64,000 nt of DNA from Zygnema circumcarinatum SAG 698-1b (Eukaryota; Plantae; Zygnematophyceae). The stretch lies in NCBI GenBank assembly GCA_037447605.1, contig CM074807.1:2046001-2110000 (forward strand). The letters run 5' to 3'. Shown here one piece after another: positions 26,304 to 37,900 of the stretch (position 1 is its first letter; every line of letters begins with the position of its first letter). The translations under genes and the position numbers were made by a program. The notes beneath the pieces were generated by a model. It was not told the DNA's origin. It ran no database searches and was given only the letters and a program-made list of their open reading frames with translations.

Positions 26304-27865
26304 ATGGCTGCTTCAGAAGCTGAATCAAAGAGCTGGGTGTGCGTCTATCCCATCTACATGAATTCAAAGAAAACGATTGCTGAGGGCAGGAGAATTCCTC
26401 TCAGTAAAGCTTGTGAGAACCCCAACTTAGTGGAGCTCTGCGACTGCCTGTCATATCTCAAGCTCTCTTTTCGCGTCGAGGTATGTGCTGCCTGCTGCCT
26501 GCCTGCAAGGCTGCCTGCTCCCTGATGATATTTCTCAATGTCTTTCCTTATTAAGGACTCTCGGAAAAGGAGCAATTCTCCTGAGTCACTGCAAAGGACC
26601 GTTGTTCGTGATACATACGTTATAACCAGGAAGGGAAGTGTTAGGTGGCAGTTTAATGATATGTAAGGATAATTGAAAGTCAGGCATTGTACTACACAGG
26701 TTTTTACCGTCTTGATCAGCACGAACAGCAGATCTTCGGCACTATCTTTATCCTATCTACGTTAGCCCCGTGTCGAGGCATGGACACTTTATGCTCACGT
26801 GTAGCTTAACTTTACCTAAATGCCTCGAGATGATTATGTCATACAGGGCTCAGTTCATGTACAGAAGGTAAACTTGAATAAGCGCCAACCAATTACACTT
26901 ATGTTTTGTAAAGCACTATATTTGTGTGTGAGGTCAGAGATGGTACAGCAAGGAAGAAGCTCTTGCACACAATCGTAGACTTTCTTCTTGTTGGTTATGA
27001 TTAACAATTTGCTAGATTAGCCGATGGTGCTCGCAATCATCGCAACCACTTCGAATGTTGAGGAGACGACATTCCTCTTTGCCCGAAGCTACATTGTTGT
27101 TTTGAAGAGGATAGTTGATTTTGGCAAAACTAGTGATTGGATCACATTTTTGTCTGCAGCCAGAAAAGGCCTATTCCCGTGACTTCACACAGCGTGGCCG
27201 TTTAAAGGTGCAACTCAAGAACGAGGATGGCTCGCCAGTAAATGCTCTTATTCCCAGCAGTAAGTCACCAGCTGTTGGTGACCTTAGTCTATAGCTGCAA
27301 TTCGACGCGAAGTTGCGTATCTGGAGTTTATGATGTAAATAAGTCGATGCTTTTCCAGAACTTGAGGTCCTTCCAGTCACTAGCAAATCTTCGGAGTTGA
27401 TCTCTGGTCGTGATGTTTGTGTCTGTTCTCGACCATTTTCGTCCTGTCATTCTAAAGTAGCGTTCTGTAAATGTGGGCAAATGAGAGGCTTTTCCAACTT
27501 TTTTCTGATGAACTTTCAATTGACCTGAGAATTTATCGAATCGATGAAAGTCATGCTTCATGGACTCTGCAATGTTTTTTTACTGCTTTCGACTGTGTCG
27601 TGGCTTGAAGTGGGTTGGCTCTGTCTTTCTTAAGGTAGCCCACTGCCTGCGCAACAGGGGCCGATACCTAAATTCCGTCTGATGTATTTCCGCGTGGTTT
27701 GCAACAGGAAAACTTCTCCTGTTGAAACTTGCAGCGTTGGTGCCAAAACACCATGGGCGAACCCGTAAGCAGCAGGAACAGCAGGATCGGCAACAGACTC
27801 AGCCATCCACTAGCGGTTCTGGTGCCACCGAGAAAAAGGGAAAGAGTGGGAAGAAAAAGCGGTAA
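26304..27865 (+). CDS. SRP19: Signal recognition particle 19 kDa protein
   Basis: Exons 26304-26480, 27160-27259, 27708-27865. They encode WVCVYPIYMNSKKTIAEGRRIP, KAYSRDFTQRGRLKVQLK and a basic tail ending KKGKSGKKKR*. Confidence 0.97.
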
Positions 27866-28999
27866 CAACTTTAATTGTTCGTTTTTTCATTCCCAAATTT
27901 AAGCGGTACTTATGTCCGTTGGGAAGATCGTTATCTTACTTTCCAGAGGCTGGGGATCCAGAAATATTCTGTGTAGCAATGCAGGGGATGAAGGGAAGGT
28001 GTGTTGTCAGCATGTCAGAGTTATTCATGTAAGGCTACTTGCTCTCTTGGATCGCACACTTTATCCTTAGCGATTCTCTTGGCTGGGGACAAGAAGAGAG
28101 AAGCCGCTTGTATGCGTTCTCCGCTCAGCCCAAGCAAGGGTCAAATATGGTTCCAGCGGATGCGGGATGTTGGTTTGGAGTTCATGGCCTGACAAAGGTT
28201 GAGCCCCTGTAGAGATGCGCGAGCCTCGCTCCTCTGGTAGTGCTCTGGTGCCAAATGCTCACCTGCATCGCCTTCGGGTTGTTCATCTTTTTCATGGAGG
28301 AGTGGTTTGAGTTGTGACTGCATGTTTCGCGTGGGGTGTCGATTTGTCATCCTATCTTTGCTAACTTCGTTTGGTCCCTGGTTTGCATTTCCCCTTTCAT
28401 CGCTGTTACTGCCTTGTGCTGGACAGCAATTGACATAAACATGACGGCCTTAATGAACCCCCGCAGTGCTGCGGACATTCAAGAAGACGACTGCAGCCTG
28501 ATCCATAGCAAGCACGATTACTTTGCAAATGGTGGCTGTTTCTTTGAAGTAGCTGAGAACTTGAGAACATTTGCCCGTCAATGCCAGAAAACTTTACTAC
28601 AAAAATAGCCTCGAGTCGTTGAACGACGTAGGGCGGCTTCTCTAAAGCTTCCCTTTCCCTGAAGGGCACCAAACAGTGGTGGGAGCCAGCCAAGAGCTGC
28701 TCCTTCACACAGGAGAGAGGGACAGGTCTATCTTTAAAGGCTCAGTATTGCAGTGGTTAACAACACAGAATACAGAAGAATGAAAGCGGCACAGAGATGC
28801 ACCTCTCTCCATTTTGCTTAAAAAAAAAAAAAGGGGCCGATCTGTCAACAATCGACCATAGTAACGACAACCTACTAAACTACTTGTAATCTACGAGCAG
28901 CACTCTCTAAAGTCTGCCTCTTGCCACCACTACTGTCTGGACTGGATGTAAATCAAGAATCAAGAGATACAACATGTACATAATAAACTAGAACGAATT

Positions 29000-31900
29000 T
29001 CAATCCTCGAAGGGGATCTCCCCTTCAGGCCGGGGATTTGGTGTGTCTGTGAGGACCAAGCGCTTTAGGGTTGCCTCCGAGGTAAGCCAAACCTTAACTG
29101 CTTTGCCGGAAGCACAGAGGCGCCCTGCGTTGATCGTGTCCTCCTGGAATGGCGCCCCCACAGCTTGAAGCTCCGCAGCAATGGAGGCTTTCAAAGGAGA
29201 GGGACGGTCGCGGCAGTGCTTTCCCCACCCAGTTACCACAAGGATCCGCTCGGGCACTCCTTCTCCCCACTGCAACGGATTAACAAGAAGAAATGGAAAA
29301 AGTCAAGCAATGTTGAACCGATGCTATGGATCACCTGCGTGCAAGTAAAAGAACCTCAATTCAACCAATTGCAATCGAAAGTCACTTCGGGAAACAGTGA
29401 AGCACAGTATCGACAGCGATGTATAGACCAGAACACAAATGGACCGACTCAAAGGGACCGACTCATCGAAGTGACCCACACATTACCTGCCAGGCCACCC
29501 GCAACTCCTCTAGCCAATGAAAGAGCAGCGCTGCAGCTGCTCCAACTGAACTGTCATGTAGGTCTACTATCCATTCTTCCGGACTGCTGCCCTCCTGCTT
29601 GTAAGCAAACATTTCCTCGCCATAAACTCCGAGTCTACGGCCTTCCGCCAGCATACGTGCAGCTCGACCTCGCAGGCCAAAGCTCCAGAGTGTGTCTATC
29701 AACGCGTTGTAAAACGATCGACGCATACCCTGAGAATAGATCTGAAAATGAAAAATGGTAACATCAAATGGACTTGCGGTTAGGTGTTAAAGCACAGAGA
29801 GTGACACAATCGTGTTCATCCAATAACATGGACTAAAGAGGGCCCACAACAAGGAACAGACAATGACACCTTGCCGCACACGCACGGATTCCTGACTACT
29901 TCCTTCATGCCTTGTAGTCACCAAGCACAAACTGCCTTTCTTACCTGCATGCCTTCAAACATGAGCATTGCATTCTCCCAAAGGTCCTTCTCTTCTGGCC
30001 CTCCTAATACCAGCCGACACATGGCAAGTTCCCATTGGCTTCCTGATTGCTGTAGACAGTACAGCAGCTGCAAAGCAGCCTCCCAATCCTTACAGCGCCC
30101 GCACGCGTGAAGTAGAGCTGCATATGTGATTAAATTGGGCCTGCAGCCATCCTCCTTCATCCTTTCAAAGCATCTCGCAGCAGCTTTGTATTCCCCACAT
30201 CGTCCAAACGCATCCATGAGTGCACTATACGTATAAACATTAGGCCGTTGTCCTGTAGCCACCATCTCCAGGAACAGTTCCTGCGCACGCTCGGACTTCC
30301 CGGCCTTGCCACAGGCATCAATCATTGACAGATATGTCACCTCGTTTGCCTCCAAACGCATCGCTTTCATCTCTTCTAGCAGGGACTCTGCCCTCTCCAG
30401 CACTCCGAAGCGCCCATAAGCGGCAATGAGTGCTGTGAACGTGAGTACATCCGTGGGAACACCGCGGATCCTCATGCTTCGAAACACCTCTTCAGCCTGC
30501 AAGGACAGAACCAAAAAAAAAAAACAGCAATCAAGGACATACCTCTCGGGAAAGGAAAATAAGTTCTCACTGGGCAAAACTTATTCATAGTTGGAATGCA
30601 CAAAAGTAGCGAATTCTGTCTGTTGATCATTTTTTAGGGTTTTTACTACTACAAGTAGTAAAAAAAGGTGCGGAAAAAATGAGTAAGAAGAAACTCCATG
30701 ACAATGATAGTGGAACAGTTTAAAAAGTAGGCTAGTCCTCCGATTCATCAATGAGCATGAAGTTGTAGATTACACCGTCATAGCAAAACATGGTTGAGTG
30801 TGTTTAGGACGTCTAGAATTAGAGATAGGATACAACCAGGTTTCCCACAATGAGATAACAGCTGGACAAGACAACAATGGGAGAAAAGACGTCATGCAAA
30901 ACTGTTGTTGCATCTCTCCTATAGAGCTCTGTCTCCAACATGTACCTTTTCCAGGAGCCCCTCTTTGCCGTATGCGTCAATTAGTGCAGTGAATGTGATC
31001 CCATCTGGTTGTAGGCCAAAACGCTCCATGTCTGCTACAAGCTTCTCTGCCTTGGCAGCATTGCCGGCCTTGCCACATGCATCTACAATGGTGTTGTATG
31101 TAGCCGTGTTTGGAGCAACATGCTCGTCTAGTCGGCCTTCAGCCAAGTCTGCAAGAACGCTGACAGCTGCTTCTAGCTGACCCTCTCGACATAGTGCATC
31201 GAGAAGAATGTTGTAAGTAACAATGCTTGGCCTGTAAAGAAGCACAAGTTTAAGAGCTGCGAGTCAATAAAACGACAGCGGACGGCATTTCTCCTGCAAA
31301 ACACTCACAGAAACTCTTCACCAACGAGAAAGCAGGACATACAGGCTAGAAAGGATACACTTTGCACTGGTAGTTCATGCCTTGAACATCCTTAAATTAT
31401 CCACCTTAAGATGTGGTCACGAAATGATGTTTACCTGCAGTTAGAGTCAAGCCCATTACGAGCTGCGCGCATGTCAAGGAAGACTTCGACCGCATGGTCG
31501 TACAATCCTCCTCGACAGAGAGTTGCAATAAGTGCATTGCACGTCACTGCGTTAGGTCTGCCAAGGACAGTAAAGCATTTAGTCTTATGTGCGTAAGGCA
31601 AGCACAAAAAACTTGAGGCTGTTCACAGCTAGACTGAAGCAATTTTCTTAATTCCTCAGGCAAATGTAATACCCCAAAAGCAAAGGGAACTGGTTACAAC
31701 TCTTTCACGGGCCTTTAAATTGATCCAAGTTTTCCATGAGGAAAGAGATAGTTCCAATGAAGAAGCATGTGTGTCCCTCGTTATCAAACTCCGTAATCTG
31801 CGCCTTTCGACTACCTCACATGGCACGAATCGTCTAGCTAAAAATAGAGAAGAATGAGAAAGGTGATGGAGGTGAAGGTGATTATGATACAGAGAATGCT

Positions 31901-33493
31901 TCAATCTTTGCGGACTTTTAATATTACTTGAAATTGAGTCTCTCTGTGATTTTCCTATTCTGTTAGTCAAGTTCCTGGCTGGGCTTGCCTGCGATAGAAA
32001 AGCACAAGTTGGTGAAGTGCACCTGCTCCGAGGAGACTCGCATTCCTTCATATGAGCAAACACAGCCAGCGCATCATCAAACATGCGAGCTCGTCCATAT
32101 GCATTAATTAGCGCAGTGAAGGTATAGCTGTCTGGTTCCTGACGTTCCAACAACATTTCTTGAAACAGCAAGGTGGCAAGTGCCGGTTGAGCTTCTCTTG
32201 CCATGAAGCCAATAAGCATCGTATAAAACCGTCCACTAGGAACGTGCCATTCCTGCTTCTTCATCCACCCAAAAACCTGCAATAGCCCCGAGCTCCACTG
32301 AGCCTATTGCGGAAATTGACACGACAGTGGAGAAAAACATCCGCGACCCGAAACAAACTACAAATGTAGCCAGAAATTACTCCTTGAAAAACAAACGGAC
32401 CATTTGTGTAGCAATCAATCCAGGAACAATGTAAACTGTGGGAATTTTGTGAATAGTGGGAATGTCATTTTCTCCGCTTTGTTCTGACCTCCATGACGTT
32501 TCGCCAGTCGTGCCGCCGTTGCAGCTCGTTCATGAGCCCTCCAACATCACGGGGCGATAACAAATCTTTGTGCTTCTCCATAACCTCCATCACACAGCCT
32601 TTGCTCATCCTGACACGTCTAAGCGCTGCAAGAGTCATCTCCACTGATGAGCTACTTACACGCGGTCGAGTTAGCGCAGGAGTTCTATGTCGAGCCATGC
32701 CATTTTGAAGGCGATCGGTCTTCTCTACGCTTGAACCAACAGCAGCTGTTCGCTGGCCAGCGTCGTTGAGCTTTGACGCCCCTCGAGGAAGCGCTTTCTG
32801 AGCCCTAGCAGGTTCCGACCTATCTGTCAACGTTCGAGTTCTACTTTCCTTTCCCACCAAAGCAAAAGGACCTGCTGGTCTTCGAAATGGTATGGATCCA
32901 ATGCTCTTGTTAGCATCGAACTCTCGTTTCGTCTTGCCATGTCCATGTGTGGTATTCTCAGACCCTATCACAGATTCACTTGCGAGGGCCGAAGTTGCAG
33001 ACGCATGTGAAGGCGCTGGAGGCCTTCGAAGAGTTAACACCTCTGTTGCCAGCCCTTGATCGCTTTGCCGGCTAGCTGGAACGCTCCGGCCAAAAATAGC
33101 GGAATAGGAGGGTCCCCCTACCGAATCGGAGGTACCACCTGAATCTTGACTCACGCAATGCAAAACAGTCTCCCTTCCCTGCTTGCTGCCAGAGTAGCCT
33201 TGAAAGTCAGGAAAGTCTGACCTCTCACAGTCTGAGAGAATTTTTGAAGAAAAATAACCACGATCACTTCTGCACAGTGAATTTTTGTATTCTGGCAGAA
33301 ATCGCAAACTGCATTTCCTCAAGACATCGTCACTCTGGCAAAGGACACAATAATGCGTCCTTCCACACGACTGCGAGCTGGTAGAGGCGTTTAGTTGGAC
33401 TATAGAAACAAGAAAGCTAGAGCGAAGCATGCCATGACTTTGCCGCTTCCCAGCCACCGAAGGCGAAGGGCAAGGCAGCAACAATATGCCCAT
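29000..33493 (-). CDS. P-class PPR protein with C-terminal SMR domain (GUN1/pTAC2 group, closest to GUN1), probably organellar
   Basis: Exons (minus strand) 33493-32489, 32276-32023, 31557-31435, 31231-30946, 30496-29945, 29729-29487, 29269-29000. About 10 PPR repeats are followed by FYNALIDTLWSFG, VDLH..SVGAA, VVTGWGKH, APF...NAGR and KVWLTSEATLKRLVLTD. The N-terminal extension is long and Ser/Arg-rich. The start codon is uncertain (33493 or 33430). Confidence 0.9.
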
Positions 33494-34242
33494 CTCAACC
33501 CTCGCCCCCTGTACAGGCAACTCCCCAGTTTCTCACTATCTGCATTCTCTAAAAGTTCTCCAAGCACCAGAGGGGATGGCTGACGGATGCGAAGGAACTC
33601 CTTAGCAGCGAGGGGAGCACCTGCAAGAAGGCACGGATGCCAGTCGACCGCGCCACCATGGAAGCAGCGGCAGGGGTCAGGCGGGCAGGGAGCCAGGCGT
33701 ACAGCTGCTTGCCTGTCTGACTGTGAGCAGCTTCCCTCCCGGAGGCGTTCGCCTACCGTACCGTACGGCACACGACCCGGGCTGGGGAGATGCCATCCAT
33801 GGTCGGCGATGGGGAGGGATGTCGGGAGCATTGGTCGCGGCATGCGCATGGCCGCATGACATGGCATGGCATGGCATCATGCGATTCTCAGGCGTGTGGC
33901 CTTTTGTCGCAACTTCTACTGTCCGTATGATTGTACCATAATTCGTGAATTTGAAATAGTTCAATATTTTGGGCTCAAATTTTATTGGCTGAAATATCTA
34001 GGTTTAACCAGAGTTTAAAAAGCAAAAGTTCCGGCTGCCAGTCGCCGGATTCTAGAACCTGCACTAAACCGCAGCCGTCGCCCCTCGGGCTGCCCCGTAG
34101 CGGCCCGCGGCCAAGGGACGCCCCGCACGCAGCCGCCCCTCCATGGTGCACCGTCGCACACCGGACTGTTGGATATCCGAGAACTCGTACCAAACGCGGA
34201 AGCGTAGGCGTTATTGAGCCTTGGCGTAGCTTTCCACTCCTT

Positions 34243-34354
34243 GCTTTTTCTTTTGTTCTGAGGTCCTTTGCGACCAGTTCCTCGTGGTTCCCCGTGATGG
34301 CTTTGTCTATGTACTTTTGATGGCCTCGCCATCGTGAGATCAATGCCCACTTCC
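34243..34354 (+). repeat. Dispersed repeat family, copy B
   Basis: Contains AGGTCCTTTGCGACCAGTTCCTCGTGGTTCCCC and GATGGCCTCGCCATCGTGAGATCAATGCC. It aligns by eye along its whole length with inverted copy D. Confidence 0.9.
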
Positions 34355-34951
34355 ATTACAAAAAAGCTTCTAGCTCCTCTGCGTTGCGATTCTTTGCTCG
34401 TGTCCACACACATATCATTCATTTCCCAAAGGCAAACAAGTCATGGAAAGGGAATCATGTAATATGAATTACCGAATATGTGTTCGCGTTTGTGTCCGAC
34501 GTGTTTGACTCCTATCCAACATCATGACCAATCAGAAGGGACATTTCCGCACGCTAAAAATGACAGAAATGGTCAAAGCTTTAACAGCCCCTTAAGTTGG
34601 TAATGCGTTTGTCCCTGTCCACATCTTCTTGCCACACGGCTCGCACAAGATAACTTCTATACGAGGGATCCAAGATAACAACTCGCATAGCGCAAAAAAC
34701 ATCAACCTGCCATAAGCCAAAAAAATAATGTGCTTTTTGAATGAAGAAAAGAAACGAAAAAGCGCAAGTAGAATTCAACATTCGCTTCTAACGCTGTCTT
34801 CCACTGCATGGTGAGCATGGAGCTCAAAAGGTGACCATCATGAGGCCGACCCCAGCTGCCAGAGGTCATAGTCTTTCCCTCCAGTACAGCGGCAAGCTTC
34901 CAAATAGAGAAAAAAGGTGGAACCGATTGTCCAGCTTTAGTGGTACTTCCT

Positions 34952-37900
34952 TTAGGAATCCATCTGAGGCTCTTCAATCATCATCGGTTTCTGCATGATG
35001 AGGTGCTCAATGCAAAAGACTGCCAACGGAACAGCGACAAGGAGGCCCCATACGCCGAGGGCATGCTCCGCGAACACTATCACTCCCAACGCCATGATTG
35101 GATGGAGCTTCAAATGCACTGCATCAACAGGCCATCCTCAATCAGAACTACGCACATTCAAGACTAGCCACAGCCTTTCACAAGATATCGGAACAGAAGC
35201 GAGGGCTGAAGGCCCCCGCTAATTGGCAAACCAATACCGGTAAAGAAGGAGATCAAGCTTCAAGGTGGCTCCAACTGCGTGCTTCACGTGACGCAAACGT
35301 TGAAGTGATACTATTCAACAACAACACTGGCTTAAATCTCACTCTTGCAGATCAGTTAGACGAATTGTGAAAAATGAGACCTGCACATCGAAGCACTGCA
35401 TCTCAATAGCAAACAACCCAGCTCGGCCATCGGCAATGCCTAATGAACAAAAACTATGAAAAAGGCTTGAAACCAAGAAAGCATAGGAGAGGCGGCCCTA
35501 GTAAACGTTCGTACCTGAATAAATGGCAGGATTTAGGATATAGGCTTCCACCGCATGGATAAGTACCACCATCAGAATCACCAGGCCTACCTTCATTAGC
35601 CCACCACTGCACAAGTTCACAAGGGATTTGTCACTCGATCAGTACGGAACCTCTCATTAGCGCGGAGCGGAGGGTTAATCACAATTGCAATTTGCAAATA
35701 CATATAGCATGCTGCTCCACAAGAAGATACTTCTGCAAAGTAGTACATGACATAGAAAAACGTCAACAGTCCGATGGGGCCATATTACGTGCCAACGATT
35801 TGTAAGTCCCTGGCCATGCATCCACGTTCAAGTGCCAAAAGAGCTTTCCTTGAAAATAAGCTTTGGCTTAGTTTAAGAAAAAAAAAAAAAAACTGGAACT
35901 CACGCACAACCAAGGGCTTCTCCTCTTTTGACAAAACATACAACAATCATTATGAGCCACAGTGGTTCCAATAACAAAATGTTTTTCTATTTGCAAGTAA
36001 ATTTAAAAAGTCCCAGTCAACTGAATGCAAAGCTGCCTTAGATATGCACAAATTGTGCGTAGAATCTTTCCACTCACTCTGTAAGCGCCATCAGGCTGAT
36101 GGGCACCGTAGAGAGAATGACTCCTGCTACGGGCACAAAGGAACAAAGGAAAACCACAAATGATAGAGGACCCAGCCCCTTGATGTTGAGCAGGAGTATG
36201 CCGATAGCTGTCAACATTGTGTTCGTCAATGCAATTGCGCTCTGTGCCTGAAGCGCTCTCCCAAAGATTCTCCCAAATGTAGCCACCTGTCAAATATTGC
36301 ACAGCAATCAAAAAAATCAGACATGTTGCTTTGTATGCACGAACTGCAGGCTGAATTGCTTTTGCATGTAACGGCGAAGAGCAAGGAACCTGGCCACTGC
36401 AGACTGAAGCTGGATGAAAGGCGTTGTTATATGCCTTTCAGCATTCCTCCAGTGCTGAGTAGTTGAAGAGCAACGAAGCAGCTTACCACCGGGGTAATCT
36501 CCTCATAAAAGATAGAGAGACGTGAATTGCGTAACGATTCTAGGCCTTTTTGAATAGCGCCGAAGTCCCACACAATCATAAAGGAGAAAATCAAACTAAC
36601 CACACTCTGCAGCAGCAGCCCTCCCCTCCCCGCAGAAGTATACAATTAGCTCATTGCCGCAAAGATTTACAAGACAACAGCTTATATCAAGGAACAGGCG
36701 CTAGTAAGTGCAAGTGGCTTATATAGGAAAATAAGCACTTTAGGGAAGACGGTCTGTAATGCTGTGTTGCTGGATGCCTGCGCATTGACTCTCCAACCTG
36801 ATCTGAGATAATAGAAAAAGTTCACCCTCCAACGCACTGCATTGGAAAGACAATCTTTCCCTACTTTTCATATTCCATGTCTTCCGGCTGTCTTAGGCCT
36901 CCCTCATGTGAGTCCATGTTCGAAGTTCGAACCTGAAGCGCAAACCGGCTGGTTGCAGTAACCGCAGTTGCAAGGTAGGACATAAGCTGCCCCGAATATT
37001 TTTTTAGCACTGCTTGCAGAGCCTGTGACCGCTGAGCTCGGTTGCCAGTGACAGTCATGTCCTGCAAGTTCCAAGGCAAGTTTGAGCACAGAACTTGAGT
37101 TGTAATAGAAGTGAACATAAAACATAACATTCGACAGCCAACGAAAAAACGTGCAGCAATAGGTGTCAATTCAAGGGTCTGAACAAACAATTCACACTTC
37201 GAATTGAGCCCAGGATAAAATCGAACAATCATTGACTGGTGCTACTGTGGAAAAAGGATAGACGGTTCACCTGGAGAGCAACAACAAAAAGGACTGCCTA
37301 GCTAGTCACATAATCTGTCACATGTTACATGCCACATGTTTGATTTGTGGGGCCTAAACCTACCCTTCACTGCTCTCAACCGACTGATGCGGACTGGCGA
37401 GTCATTCTTATGAAAAGCATAATCGGGGTCTCATGAACAGAAGGACTTAGAAAAACTCACCAGAAGCTGAGTATCAGCTTGACTGACAGCCATCAAGAGG
37501 AAACGCTCGAGCTGTTACAAATGCTCCCATCCGTACAGGCTGTGTTAAGGGCAGCTGAGGTGCAAAGAAATGTGAAACAGACTCAGCCTGACTGAAAAAA
37601 TTAGGCTGCAGAAGGCAAGGGTAACATGGCGATAAGGAGGCTATAAACTGCAACTCCTGTGCCCATAAGAACACTTTTTTCGACAGGATGGAGGGAATAG
37701 TATGAATCGCTCCCACATGTACTAGGCACACCACCAAATTGACGGCAATAGGCGACAAGCTATCGGCAATGGATCTAGCTCTAAATCTCAGCACGTGTAA
37801 TGATTGTGAGCTGTATGTTTTAGGCTCCGATCCCTATAGTCCATGCTATGACTTGAGCTATGACACTACCAAGGACACGGTCCATGACGGGAATCTATTG

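Noticed and set aside
34243-34354. Dispersed repeat as snRNA, box C/D snoRNA or Helitron end
   Set aside because: It has no match to U1-U6, U3 or 7SL as I recall them, no properly placed C and D boxes, and no CTRR terminus at Helitron spacing after the hairpin. An Rfam search is still needed.
34015-34422. Small protein (MARPS...) encoded by the dispersed repeat on the minus strand
   Set aside because: Copies B and D differ by a frameshift and several non-synonymous changes, and copy C has a deletion, so there is no sign of coding constraint.
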